Source: Kiritimatiellia bacterium
GTDB taxonomy: Bacteria > Verrucomicrobiota > Kiritimatiellia > RFP12 > UBA1067
DNA: 45,238 nucleotides
Assembly (NCBI GenBank): GCA_017525475.1
Contig: JAFXST010000010.1
Location: 1 to 45,238 of the forward strand
Direction of reading: 5' to 3'
Shown here: one piece after another, positions 8,408 through 17,440 of the stretch
How positions within the stretch are numbered: position 1 is the stretch's first letter
Layout of the letters: every line of letters begins with the position of its first letter
Translations under genes and position numbers: made by a program
Notes under the pieces: model-generated
Database searches by the model: none
The model's input: only the letters and a program-made list of their open reading frames with translations
What the model was told of the DNA's origin: nothing

Positions 8408-9328
8408 TCAGTAGCGGATATGCTCGAGCTGGTCGCGGAGCGAGAGCTTGAACGGCAACTCCAGCGTGAGGATGCGCAGGATGCGGAACTCGCGCAAAGT
8501 GCGCACGCGGATTTCGCCCGGCACGAACTTGAGTTCGGCAAGTTCTTTGAGGACGCGCGGCGCCAGATCCTGCCACAAATCGGCGATGCCCGTCGAGGGC
8601 GGGCGCACGACGGCGGTGCGGCTGAAGAGGAGCTTGCCGTCCTTGGCGTTGCGGCATTCGAGCTCGTAGGCGATGCGCGGATGCGGCTCTTGGGTGATGT
8701 GCCCGAGGTTGGGCCCAAAGCGCAGCTCCACGGCCATTTCGCGGATGAACGGCAAATCCTTGACCGCCGCGCACTCGTCTTTGGAGACTACGATCTTTTC
8801 CACCATGGGGCGCGGCGGCACCAGGGCGAGCGGGGCGTCCTCCCACTTGCGCGGCGAAAGCTCCCGCCGCGCGAAGAGCGCGCCTTCCGAGGCGTACTTG
8901 CCGAGCACCTGCGTATCGCCTTCGCAGCGCATGATGACGCCGTACGTCTCCCACACGAGCCGCGATACCAGCGCCAGCGCCTTGTCGCCCGGTTCGAAAT
9001 CGGGCGCGAAGCCGGGCGAAGTGCGCGCCGTCTGCACGGTGCCGTCGCGGCCGATCATCACGTCGAAGGCGGTAAGCTCGACGGGGTTGGAGATAAAGCC
9101 GTAGTTGTGGTCGCGCCGCCAGCAGTTGTAGTCGCGGAGATTCTGCCAGCCCTCGAGGAAGAGGAGGTGCGCCTTGAGGAGCGGATGGCCCTTGAGCTCT
9201 TCCGCGACGCAGAAGTAGGGGAAGACAGTACCTTGCGGCAACAGCGCCCACAGGCCGGAGATCTTGCCCCATAGCCCCAGCGCGTCGATCTTGAGCGCGG
9301 TATCGGCTATTTGAGCGCGGCTATCCAC
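8408..9328 (-). CDS. Hypothetical protein (possibly DUF7309/DUF6930-like)
   Basis: Open frame with host-like codon usage. The likely GTG start at 9328 follows GGGAG and overlaps the ybeY end. The family resemblance (early LW motif, C-terminal P.EI.VR..L..L) is from memory only. Confidence 0.65.
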   Translation of the reverse strand: MDSRAQIADTALKIDALGLWGKISGLWALLPQGTVFPYFCVAEELKGHPLLKAHLLFLEGWQNLRDYNCWRRDHNYGFISNPVELTAFDVMIGRDGTVQTARTSPGFAPDFEPGDKALALVSRLVWETYGVIMRCEGDTQVLGKYASEGALFARRELSPRKWEDAPLALVPPRPMVEKIVVSKDECAAVKDLPFIREMAVELRFGPNLGHITQEPHPRIAYELECRNAKDGKLLFSRTAVVRPPSTGIADLWQDLAPRVLKELAELKFVPGEIRVRTLREFRILRILTLELPFKLSLRDQLEHIRY

Positions 9329-9726
9329 CTGAGCTCCCGGCGCCGCATGGCGCGATAGTCCTTTTCGGCGAAGTCGTCGGCCCCGGACAGGTGATCCATG
9401 CCGTGCGCCACGTAAAGCAAAAGTTCCTGCCAACCGCCCAGCGCCAAAGCGCGATCGGTGTTGACGTAAACTTCGCCGTACACGCCGGGCGCTTCGCCGG
9501 CGATCGGCTCGTAGCGCTGGGTGATCACGTCGGTAGCGCCCTTCACGCCCATAATGCCCTGGTGCACGGCGTCGGAGCCGGCGTCGTCCTGGAGAATTAC
9601 GGTAATGTCCCGAAACGGCGTCTTGATGCGGCGCGACGACTTTTGCGCAAACGCCGCGGCCGCCGCTTGCAGTTCTTTGCGGGTGTGGCCGAACGCGCGA
9701 GGGAGCTTGCCTTCGATGACGATCAT
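9307..9726 (-). CDS. ybeY: rRNA maturation endoribonuclease YbeY
   Basis: ATDVITQ, GEVYVN, HGMDHLSGADD, M...E motifs; ATGA overlap with the murA stop. Confidence 0.85.
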   Translation of the reverse strand: MIVIEGKLPRAFGHTRKELQAAAAAFAQKSSRRIKTPFRDITVILQDDAGSDAVHQGIMGVKGATDVITQRYEPIAGEAPGVYGEVYVNTDRALALGGWQELLLYVAHGMDHLSGADDFAEKDYRAMRRRELRWIAALK

Positions 9727-11000
9727 CGCCTCACGATGCTCCCGCCCAAGGCCGACAGTTCCTTTTCCACCGCCACGTAGCCGCGATCGACCGTTTCGGC
9801 GTTTTGGATCACGCTCTTGCCCTTGGCCGCCAAGGCCGCGATGACGAGCGCGATGCCCGCGCGGATGTCGGGGCTGGTGACGCGCCCGCCGTAGAGCGCG
9901 CTCGGGCCCGTGACCACTACGCGATGCGGGTCGCACTGCACGATTTTGGCGACGAGGCCGCGCAGGTGGTCCACGAAGTAGAGGCGGCTTTCGAACATCT
10001 TTTCGAAAAAGAGGCAAGTGCCGCGCGTCTGGGTGGCCAGCACGACGAGCATGGAGATGAGGTCGGAGGGAAAGGCCGGCCAGGGACCGTCGGACACCGA
10101 GGGGATGGCGTCGCCCAGGTCGTACTTCATCTTGAGCTTCTTCTTGGGCGTGTAGACGAGCGTGCGGGCTTTGGCGTCGATGGTCCAGGTGACGCCGAAG
10201 CGCGCAAAGGTGGGGGCGAGGATCTCGAACGGGCCGGGGTCGATATTGGCGAGGACGAGCGTGCCCCCGGTGACCGCCGCCGCGGTAACGTAGCTCGCGG
10301 CCTCGATATAGTCGCACCCGACCGTGACCTCGCAGCCGTGGAGCGACTCCACCCCTTCGACCTCGATGCGGTTGGTGCCCGCGCCCGCGATCTTGGCGCC
10401 CATCGCGTTAAGCATGTTGGCGAGATCGACGATGTGCGGCTCGCAGGCGGCGTTGTAGATTACGGTAGCGCCCTTGGCGAGGACGCTCGCCATCAGCACG
10501 TTTTCGGTGGCGGTTACGCTCGCTTCGTCCAAGAGGATGCGCGCGCCTTTGAGCGCGCCCTGGAAGCGCAGCAGTTTTTTGCCCGCCTGGGCCTTGGCCC
10601 CCAATTGGCGGAAGGCGGCAAAGTGCGTATCGAGCCGGCGATGGCCGATCTGGTCGCCGCCAGGGGGCGGGAGGCTGGCCCGGCCGGCGCGCGCCAACAG
10701 GGGCCCCGCGAACAAAAAGCTGGTGCGGATGCGCGCGGCGAGTTCGGGGCTGATGGTGGAAGCTTTGAGCTTGGGGGTGGCGATTTCGACCCGGTCGCCC
10801 TCGCGGCGGATCTGCGCGCCGAAGCGCCGCGCGGCCTCGAGCATGGAGGCGACGTCGGCGATATCGGGGAGGTTGGCGATCGTCACCTTGTCGGCCGTCA
10901 GCAGCGAGGCCGCGATCATCGGGAGCGCCGCGTTCTTGTTGCCGGAGACGCGATGTTCCCCGGCGATCGCCCGCCCGCCCTCGATGACGAAAGTGCTCAT
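9723..11000 (-). CDS. murA: UDP-N-acetylglucosamine 1-carboxyvinyltransferase
   Basis: SGNKNAALP, ASVTATEN, NAACEPH, PWPAFPSD, FESR, DIRAG, DRGY. Confidence 0.97.
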   Translation of the reverse strand: MSTFVIEGGRAIAGEHRVSGNKNAALPMIAASLLTADKVTIANLPDIADVASMLEAARRFGAQIRREGDRVEIATPKLKASTISPELAARIRTSFLFAGPLLARAGRASLPPPGGDQIGHRRLDTHFAAFRQLGAKAQAGKKLLRFQGALKGARILLDEASVTATENVLMASVLAKGATVIYNAACEPHIVDLANMLNAMGAKIAGAGTNRIEVEGVESLHGCEVTVGCDYIEAASYVTAAAVTGGTLVLANIDPGPFEILAPTFARFGVTWTIDAKARTLVYTPKKKLKMKYDLGDAIPSVSDGPWPAFPSDLISMLVVLATQTRGTCLFFEKMFESRLYFVDHLRGLVAKIVQCDPHRVVVTGPSALYGGRVTSPDIRAGIALVIAALAAKGKSVIQNAETVDRGYVAVEKELSALGGSIVRR

Positions 11001-11656
11001 GAAAGTTCGTCGATCCGGCGAGTCTCGCCAAAGACGATGAGCCGGTCGTCATCCTGCAGCAAGGCGTCGGCCGAGGGGATGATGATCTGCCGCTCGGCCT
11101 CGGGCTTGTCGGGGTCGAGGCGCCGGATGCAGAGTACGGTAACTCCCGTCTTGTTGCGGAAGTTGACCTCGGCGAGCGTATGGCCGCGTATGGCCGAGGG
11201 CACTTCGATCTCGGCGATGGAGTAGCCCTCGGAAACTTCCAGAAAATCGATGGCGTCGTGGTTGGCGATGGTGCGCGCGAGACGATGGGCGCTGTCGCGA
11301 TCGGGGTAGATGATGGTGTCGGCCCCGATGCGCCGCAGGATCTTGCCGTGGAGTTCGCTGGAGGCCTTGGCCACCACGCGCGGCACGCCCAGCTCCTTGC
11401 AGTTGGTGGTGGCCATGATCGAGGCTTCGATGTTGGAGCCGATCGCCACCACCACTACGTCGCACTCGCCGAAACCGGCCTCTTCCAAAACGTGCGGCTG
11501 CGTGGCGTCGCCCTGCAGCGAGGTGGCGAATTCGCTCGCGTTCTGCATGGCGGGGCGGTTGCGGTCGATAAGCATCACCTCGGCGCCGGCGTTGGCCAGC
11601 GACTCGGCGAGCGACATGCCGAAACGGCCAGCGCCGATGATTCCGATACGTTTCAT
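10997..11656 (-). CDS. ktrA: KtrA/TrkA family potassium uptake regulatory subunit
   Basis: IIGAGRFG Rossmann motif, GDAT, VVVAIG, C-terminal RCK_C; start MKRIGII. Confidence 0.9.
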   Translation of the reverse strand: MKRIGIIGAGRFGMSLAESLANAGAEVMLIDRNRPAMQNASEFATSLQGDATQPHVLEEAGFGECDVVVVAIGSNIEASIMATTNCKELGVPRVVAKASSELHGKILRRIGADTIIYPDRDSAHRLARTIANHDAIDFLEVSEGYSIAEIEVPSAIRGHTLAEVNFRNKTGVTVLCIRRLDPDKPEAERQIIIPSADALLQDDDRLIVFGETRRIDELS

Positions 11657-12453
11657 CAGTTTTCGAGCTCCATGCGCCGGGCCTCGCGGATGAGCCCCTG
11701 CGAATACGGGTGGACTGGCGACTCGAAGAACTTGGCGGGGTCGTCGGTGGTTTCGACGACGCGGCCGTCCTTCATCACCGCGAGTTTGGTGGCCATCTGC
11801 GAGACCACACCCAAGTCGTGGGTGATGAGTAACACCGCCGAATTGGCCTGGTGGAGGCGCTTCATGAGCTTCAAAACCTGCGCCTGGATCGTCACGTCCA
11901 AGGCGGTGGTGGGCTCGTCGGCGATCACGAGATCGGGGCCGAGCATCAGGCCCATGGCGATCATCACACGCTGCTGCATGCCGCCGGAGAGCTCGTGCGG
12001 ATAGGCGCGGGCGCGCACCAGCGGATCGGGAATGCCCACCTTCTCCAGCCACTCGAGCGCCATGGCGCGGGCGGCTTGCTTGGACATCTGCTCGTGGAGG
12101 AGGATAGTCTCCACCAACTGATCGCCGATGCGATGGAGCGGCGAGAGCGAACCCATGGGGTCCTGGAACACGACACCGATCTTCTTGCCGCGCAAGGCGC
12201 GCAGTTCGGGGAGCGGCATGGTCAAAGTATCCCGGCCGTCGAGGAGGATGCGACCCTTGGGGTAGAATGCGGGCGGCGAGGGAAGGAGCCGCGCGATCGA
12301 CATCGACACCGAGCTCTTGCCCGAGCCCGATTCGCCGACGATGCCCAGCACTTGACCGCGATCGAGCGAAAGATTAACGTCGATGGCGGCGCGGGTGACC
12401 TCGCCCTCGTCGTTGCGGAACGATACGTCCAGATCCTGAATTTCCAACAACAT
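11656..12453 (-). CDS. oppD: Peptide/nickel ABC transporter ATP-binding protein (OppD/DppD)
   Basis: GESGSGKS, FQDPM, YPHELSGGMQQR, ADEPTTALDVT, ITHDLG, HPYS. Confidence 0.93.
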   Translation of the reverse strand: MLLEIQDLDVSFRNDEGEVTRAAIDVNLSLDRGQVLGIVGESGSGKSSVSMSIARLLPSPPAFYPKGRILLDGRDTLTMPLPELRALRGKKIGVVFQDPMGSLSPLHRIGDQLVETILLHEQMSKQAARAMALEWLEKVGIPDPLVRARAYPHELSGGMQQRVMIAMGLMLGPDLVIADEPTTALDVTIQAQVLKLMKRLHQANSAVLLITHDLGVVSQMATKLAVMKDGRVVETTDDPAKFFESPVHPYSQGLIREARRMELEN

Positions 12454-13304
12454 CAATTGAATTCCTTGGTTACGAAATCCTTGAGCGCGTCCTGCCACCT
12501 GGGTGTGCGGTAGCCCAGGAGATTGAGCACGCTTTTCTTGAGCGCCGAACAGCGCGGGCGCGGTGCGGGCCGGGGGAACTCGGCCGTGGTGCAAGGGACG
12601 ACCGGGCGCTTGAGGCCCAAGAGTTTGAAGAGTTCCACGGTCAAATCGTACCAGGTGCACTGGTCTTCGCAGGTGCCGTGGACGATGCCCGAGACTTCGG
12701 GCTTGGCGAGCAGAAACTTGACGACGTCGGCCACCACCTTGGTGGAGGTGGGGTTGCCGCGCTGGTCGTCCACCACTTTGAGCGGGGCGCCCTCGGCCGC
12801 TCCGAGTTTGGCCATGGTGTGGATGAAACTGGGGCCGCCCGCGCCATAGAGCCAGGCGATGCGCAGGATGACCGCATCGGGATAGAGCATCTGGATCATC
12901 TGCTCGCCCGCGAATTTGGACATGCCGTAAACCGTGCGCGGGCGGGGGATGTCGGTTTCGCTCCAGGCCCAAGGTTCGCGCGGCGGCTCGCCGGAGAAAA
13001 CGTAGTCGGTCGAAATGGCGATGAGCCTAGCGCCGCACATCTTGGCCGCCAGCGCCACGTTGCGCGAGCCCTCTTCGTTGAGCTTGAAGGCGAGCTCGCG
13101 GTTGGTCTCGCAATCGTCTACCTTGGTCATGGCGGCGCAGTGGATGATCGCATCGGGCGACTCCGCGAGCACCTTGGCGGCGAACTCTTCGTCCTTGGTG
13201 ATGTCGTATTCCGGGAGGTCGGCGACGACAAGCTCGTGGTCTTTAAGCTCCGCCTGGAGCGTGCGCCCCAGCATGCCTTTGCCGCCGGTAATCAGAATCT
13301 TCAC
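12453..13304 (-). CDS. rfbD: dTDP-4-dehydrorhamnose reductase
   Basis: ITGGKGMLG, ISTDYVF, YGMSK, VVDDQRGNPT, PAPRP; GTG start overlapping the upstream stop. Confidence 0.95.
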   Translation of the reverse strand: MKILITGGKGMLGRTLQAELKDHELVVADLPEYDITKDEEFAAKVLAESPDAIIHCAAMTKVDDCETNRELAFKLNEEGSRNVALAAKMCGARLIAISTDYVFSGEPPREPWAWSETDIPRPRTVYGMSKFAGEQMIQMLYPDAVILRIAWLYGAGGPSFIHTMAKLGAAEGAPLKVVDDQRGNPTSTKVVADVVKFLLAKPEVSGIVHGTCEDQCTWYDLTVELFKLLGLKRPVVPCTTAEFPRPAPRPRCSALKKSVLNLLGYRTPRWQDALKDFVTKEFN

Positions 13305-14314
13305 TTTTCCGCCCCCGTTTCCAGCGCGTGCACCATGCAGGCGCCCAACAGCACGATCTGCCAACTCATGTAAATCCAGGCGAGGATGATGGGCATGAAC
13401 GCAAACGAGCCGTAGAGCGCCGACGACTTGGCGATGCCGACTTGCGCCACGGCGCACACCTTGATCCACCCGCCGAAGAGCACCGAAGTGACCATGCCGC
13501 CGTAGAACGCGTGCAGGCTATCGACGCGCTTGTGCGGAATTACCTTGAAGAGGAACGCGAAGTTGAGCGAGGAGAAGAAGAACATGACCGCAAAGCGGAA
13601 GACGCCCGATTCGAGAATGGCGATTAGACCGTCCGACACCCACTTGGTGAGCCAGGTGGCGCCCACGGTGGCCACGATCACGTTTTTGATCATGTTGAGG
13701 ATCGGCATCGACATGGCCATGGCCACCAGGACCGGCAGCACCACCGAGATGAAGAGGTAAAGCATGCACCGCCGCCAGATCGCGCGCGGCTTGCCCACCT
13801 GCCAGATTTCGTTGAAGCTCACCTCCACCATGCTGAGCGAGGAGACGACCGTCCAGAGGAGAAACGCAAAACCGATCCACCCCAGCGTCTTGATGTTGAA
13901 CTGCTCGATCTTTTCGAACAGCATATCCGAGATCTGCCGCGCCTCGCGCCCGAACTCCAAGGCCGCGATCTTGCGCTGCTCGCGCTCTTCGTCGCTGCCG
14001 AGATAGGAGGCGAGATAGGCCATTTCGTCTTCCTGGCCGTTCTCGATGTTCGAAATCATCATATCGAGCTGACGGTTGATTTCGGTGCGGGCGTAGTCGT
14101 CGACCCCAAACTGCTTGGCCCCAAAGAGCAGGATGCACATGGTGGGGATCACCGCCAGGAGCGAGAAGTACGTGAGCCCGGCCGCGTGCATGGAGCAGTT
14201 GTTGTTCAGGAACGACATGACCACGCCCTTGACCCAGCGAACCGCCGGATTGGAGAGACACTTGCAGGAAATATTGGCGATTACCGCACGGATTGACGCT
14301 TGGTTGAGTGTCAT
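13301..14314 (-). CDS. YihY/virulence factor BrkB family inner membrane protein
   Basis: AAGLTYFSLLA, FNEIW, LYGSFAFMPIILAWIY.SWQIVLLGA. Confidence 0.92.
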   Translation of the reverse strand: MTLNQASIRAVIANISCKCLSNPAVRWVKGVVMSFLNNNCSMHAAGLTYFSLLAVIPTMCILLFGAKQFGVDDYARTEINRQLDMMISNIENGQEDEMAYLASYLGSDEEREQRKIAALEFGREARQISDMLFEKIEQFNIKTLGWIGFAFLLWTVVSSLSMVEVSFNEIWQVGKPRAIWRRCMLYLFISVVLPVLVAMAMSMPILNMIKNVIVATVGATWLTKWVSDGLIAILESGVFRFAVMFFFSSLNFAFLFKVIPHKRVDSLHAFYGGMVTSVLFGGWIKVCAVAQVGIAKSSALYGSFAFMPIILAWIYMSWQIVLLGACMVHALETGAEK

Positions 14315-15147
14315 AGGAGATACCCCGTTAGGTGCCCGAGAATGGTGCCCATGAAATAGACCGCGGCCAAGATGCCGAGATTCTCCTTGAGGTTGCGGTT
14401 GGTGCGGAACAGCACGAGGAGCCCCAGGCCGCTGCCCGTAAAGGAACTGGCCATCAAGGCGCCGGGGCTCATCGCGCCGGCCAGGTAGAGCTTGGCGGCC
14501 GCCACGCTGACGGCGCAATTGGGGACGAGCCCCAACAGCCCGGCGAGCGCCTCGCCCACGAACGGCGTGGAAAGGTGGAGACTGGCGAGCCATTCCTCGC
14601 CGCCAAAATGCATGGCGAGTTCGATGAGACCCGAAATACAGACGATAAAGGAAAAGATTTCGGCGGTATGGATCAGCGCGGGCACCACGATACCCCGATG
14701 CTCGCGGCAGGCGCAGTGCGAATGTTCGCACAGTTCGTGCACGTCCACCTGGCGCCGGCGGTGGCGGAAGAAACTCAAGACGGCCGTGACGGTAAAGCCC
14801 ACCGCAATGGCCGCAAATACTTTAAGAAGCGTAATCTTGACGAGGAGCGACACCGGCGCGCGCGAAGAAACGAGGACGGGCAAAAGTTCGTCGGAAGTCG
14901 AAAGCATAACCGCCAGGAGCGTGCCCGCCGCAATCACTCCGCCGGCGTAAAGCGAGGCCGCCGCCGCCGACACTCCGCACTGCGGAATGGCGCCGGCCAG
15001 CGCCCCGGCCAGAGGCCCTATGGAACGAGCACGCTCGAGGAAAGCCTCGAGCGCACTTCCCGCCTTGGCTTCCACGTACTCCAGCACCAGATAGGTGACA
15101 AAGAGGAACGGGAGCAGCAGCAGGGTCTCTTTGACGAATTCCAGCAT
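14311..15147 (-). CDS. Putative heavy-metal/manganese transporter (ArsP_2-like)
   Basis: Duplicated GAIPQCG / GLVPNCA motifs, LSTSDE, His/Cys loop HELCEHSHCAC, multiple TM helices. Confidence 0.8.
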   Translation of the reverse strand: MLEFVKETLLLLPFLFVTYLVLEYVEAKAGSALEAFLERARSIGPLAGALAGAIPQCGVSAAAASLYAGGVIAAGTLLAVMLSTSDELLPVLVSSRAPVSLLVKITLLKVFAAIAVGFTVTAVLSFFRHRRRQVDVHELCEHSHCACREHRGIVVPALIHTAEIFSFIVCISGLIELAMHFGGEEWLASLHLSTPFVGEALAGLLGLVPNCAVSVAAAKLYLAGAMSPGALMASSFTGSGLGLLVLFRTNRNLKENLGILAAVYFMGTILGHLTGYLL

Positions 15148-15317
15148 TAACCGGCCGCAATCGCCTCGTTGGGGCACTGGGCCGCGCAAGCGCCGCAATC
15201 GAGACACTTGTCGGGATCGATGGAGTAGGGGGCGCCGGCGGTAATCGCTTCCGCAGGGCACGCAGCCTGACAGCATCCGCAAGCGACGCACTTGTCGCCG
15301 TCAATTTTATGTGCCAT
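15147..15317 (-). CDS. 2[4Fe-4S] ferredoxin, 56 aa (not in ORF track)
   Basis: MAHKIDGDKCVACGCCQAACPAEAI...DKCLDCGACAAQCPNEAIAAG has two CxxCxxCxxxCP motifs; SD AAGGAG. Confidence 0.95.
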   Translation of the reverse strand: MAHKIDGDKCVACGCCQAACPAEAITAGAPYSIDPDKCLDCGACAAQCPNEAIAAG

Positions 15318-15360
15318 GTTCTGTTTCTCCTTTTGTGGTTATTTAGTGTGGTTTGGGAAT

Positions 15361-15390
15361 ATTATACCATATCCGCCATCAAAAAGTCAA
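15361..15390 (-). promoter_or_regulatory. sigma70 promoter of ferredoxin operon
   Basis: TTGACT-18-TATAAT, TGn extension. Confidence 0.75.
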
Positions 15391-15397
15391 GTGCGGA

Positions 15398-16057
15398 TTA
15401 CTCGGCCGGCTCGGCCTCGTCCGCATCCTTTTCCTCCTTGGCGGCCGGCTTGGCGGCGCTCTTGGCGGCCTCCTTGGCCTCGCGGATGCGCTCGATACGC
15501 TCGCTCACCGTCTCGGCCTTTTCGCCGGTTTTCTTGGGGTGGTCGGTACCTTTGAGCTTGATGTGCTGCTGGCAGTAGTCCTCGTGCTTGAGCATGTCCC
15601 AGCTGAGCTGCTGCTCCGAATCCTTGGGCAGTTTGGCCATCGATTCGAGCGTCTGCGCCATGCAGTTGGGCGCCGCGCACGTATGCTCCTTGCAGAACTT
15701 GCCTTTGTGCAGGCGCTCGTTGCCGCAGGCGATGCGCTCGAGGAGTTCCTCCTCGTCCAACTTGGCGAAGAGCGTGCCGCCCTTGTTGATGCGCGGGCAG
15801 AAGCGGTTGCAAGCGTGCGCCGGGCAGTGGTGCCAGACTACGCGCGGGGCCACGTACTTTTCGGGCGTTTCGCCGGGCGTAAAGTACTGCGATTCGTTCT
15901 TGCTCTGCGCCCAACCGGGGAGCCCGCCCACCTTGACTGCCTTGTTGCAGCCTTCGGTGGCGCACACGTGGCGTTCGCAGAAGTTGCACTTTTCCAGCGC
16001 CTCCTGGTCGCATTGCGACATTTTGCACATGGCCGCCAGCATAATCGCCAAAATCAT
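15398..16057 (-). CDS. Cys/His-rich hypothetical protein with charged tail
   Basis: SD AAGGAG before ATG 16057; 14 Cys, four CxxH motifs; K/E/A-rich C-terminus. Confidence 0.8.
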   Translation of the reverse strand: MILAIMLAAMCKMSQCDQEALEKCNFCERHVCATEGCNKAVKVGGLPGWAQSKNESQYFTPGETPEKYVAPRVVWHHCPAHACNRFCPRINKGGTLFAKLDEEELLERIACGNERLHKGKFCKEHTCAAPNCMAQTLESMAKLPKDSEQQLSWDMLKHEDYCQQHIKLKGTDHPKKTGEKAETVSERIERIREAKEAAKSAAKPAAKEEKDADEAEPAE

Positions 16058-16061
16058 GGGT

Positions 16062-16922
16062 TTACTCCTTGTCGATTGGGTTTGTAAATTGGTCGGCGCC
16101 ATCGGTTACCGGCCTTAGGCCGATCCACGGCAAGCGCAGAAACAAATCGAAATGCCTCAGCGTATCGGCCCCCAGGTACGAGCAAGGCGCGCCGGGATTG
16201 ACGAGCGGGCGAAAACGGATGGCGTAGTCGCCGCCCTTCGCGGTTTTGAGCTGGAGCGTGCCCGGCTTGCCCGGGCGCATGGCCATGGCCGTGCGGCCGT
16301 TGACGTCGGTGGCGCCCATCGTCGCCGCCTCCACTTCCTCGGCCGGCCAATCGGCGGGATCGTTGATGAACGAGAGCGACGAGCCGCTATCGACGAGCAT
16401 GGTCTTGTAGGTGCCGTCGGCCGCGAGGTACATGAGCCTGGGCGAGCCGTCGTAATTGCGCCGGTCGAATTTGAGCGGCGGGCCGAAACCGGCCATGTCG
16501 TCGGGATTGAAGATGATTTCGCCCTTGGCCACCGAGAGCACCAGCGGCATCTGGCCGATGATGTCCATGCCGAGAATGCCGTGGACGGGCCGCCCGAGCT
16601 CCTGCGACAGCGGCGGGAACGGAATGGCCATTACGGGATAGCCCTCGAACGCTACTTCGCCCACCTTGAGCGTTTTGGACATGGCGAATTTGGGCACGAA
16701 GTTGGCGTTGGAGGTGCCGGCGAGCATCACCGGCTCGGGATGGGCCTCGGGGAGCGCCTTGGCGATAAACTCTTCGTCGAACGAGGTATGGGTGGCGCCG
16801 GTATCGAAAACGAGCGTGCAGGGGGTGCCGTCGAGACTGCCTTCGACGAGCAGCATGTGGGTGGGCTCGCAGACGACGAGCGGCACCACTACTTGGGCCA
16901 TCAATAGCAAGTTGGATAGCAT
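16062..16922 (-). CDS. Retropepsin-like aspartyl protease, two-domain
   Basis: VFDTGA...GILGMD and LVDSGS...YLGAD. Confidence 0.88.
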   Translation of the reverse strand: MLSNLLLMAQVVVPLVVCEPTHMLLVEGSLDGTPCTLVFDTGATHTSFDEEFIAKALPEAHPEPVMLAGTSNANFVPKFAMSKTLKVGEVAFEGYPVMAIPFPPLSQELGRPVHGILGMDIIGQMPLVLSVAKGEIIFNPDDMAGFGPPLKFDRRNYDGSPRLMYLAADGTYKTMLVDSGSSLSFINDPADWPAEEVEAATMGATDVNGRTAMAMRPGKPGTLQLKTAKGGDYAIRFRPLVNPGAPCSYLGADTLRHFDLFLRLPWIGLRPVTDGADQFTNPIDKE

Positions 16923-16926
16923 CGGC

Positions 16927-17436
16927 TTAAGCTCTCCGGCGCTTCAAGGCCAAGAGCGAGGCGCCCACCAAAACCAACAAGCCCGAGGTCGGCTCGGGGA
17001 TGGTGTAACTCAGCGTGCTTGCCGGTTGCTTGAAGAGGTCGTCGTTGCTGCCTACGGAAAAATACGTATCGCCATTGGTTAGCTCCCTGGCGGCCGACAA
17101 AGCGTAAAGTGTTTCCAGGCCAAACGAACTTGGGGTAAACACCGCAAAATATACGGTAGTACCGGCATCCAGACCGGGAGCATCGTTAAACGACACGCTA
17201 TCAGACGTAATTGCGCCCTCGGATACAATGGCGCTGCGATTGACATTGTTTAGGTTGCCGTCGCCAGATGCCAACAGATAAGCGAAATCGTATCTCTCGT
17301 ATGCCGAATTGTCAATCAGCATATAATAATAACCGACTCCGATCGGCGGATCCAAAGGCGTGATATTCAACTCGACATACGCCGCCATCACCGAAAGCGG
17401 CAGCGCCGCCAATAATGCGAGAATTGCTTTCCTCAT
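16927..17436 (-). CDS. PEP-CTERM sorting domain protein
   Basis: Signal peptide MRKAILALLAALPLSVMA; C-terminal IPEPTSGLLVLVGASLLALKRRRA; SD GGAGG. Confidence 0.93.
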   Translation of the reverse strand: MRKAILALLAALPLSVMAAYVELNITPLDPPIGVGYYYMLIDNSAYERYDFAYLLASGDGNLNNVNRSAIVSEGAITSDSVSFNDAPGLDAGTTVYFAVFTPSSFGLETLYALSAARELTNGDTYFSVGSNDDLFKQPASTLSYTIPEPTSGLLVLVGASLLALKRRRA

Positions 17437-17440
17437 TGCC

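Noticed and set aside
9291-9325. Short duplication TTGAGCGCGG at the ybeY/hypothetical junction
   Set aside because: Only 10 bp, within coding sequence, with no sign of an insertion
9365-9410. YbeY third His replaced by Asp (HGMDHLSGADD)
   Set aside because: An Asp at this position occurs in other lineages, so it is not evidence of inactivation or novelty
15960-15995. c-type heme motif in the Cys-rich protein
   Set aside because: CNFCERH is not CxxCH
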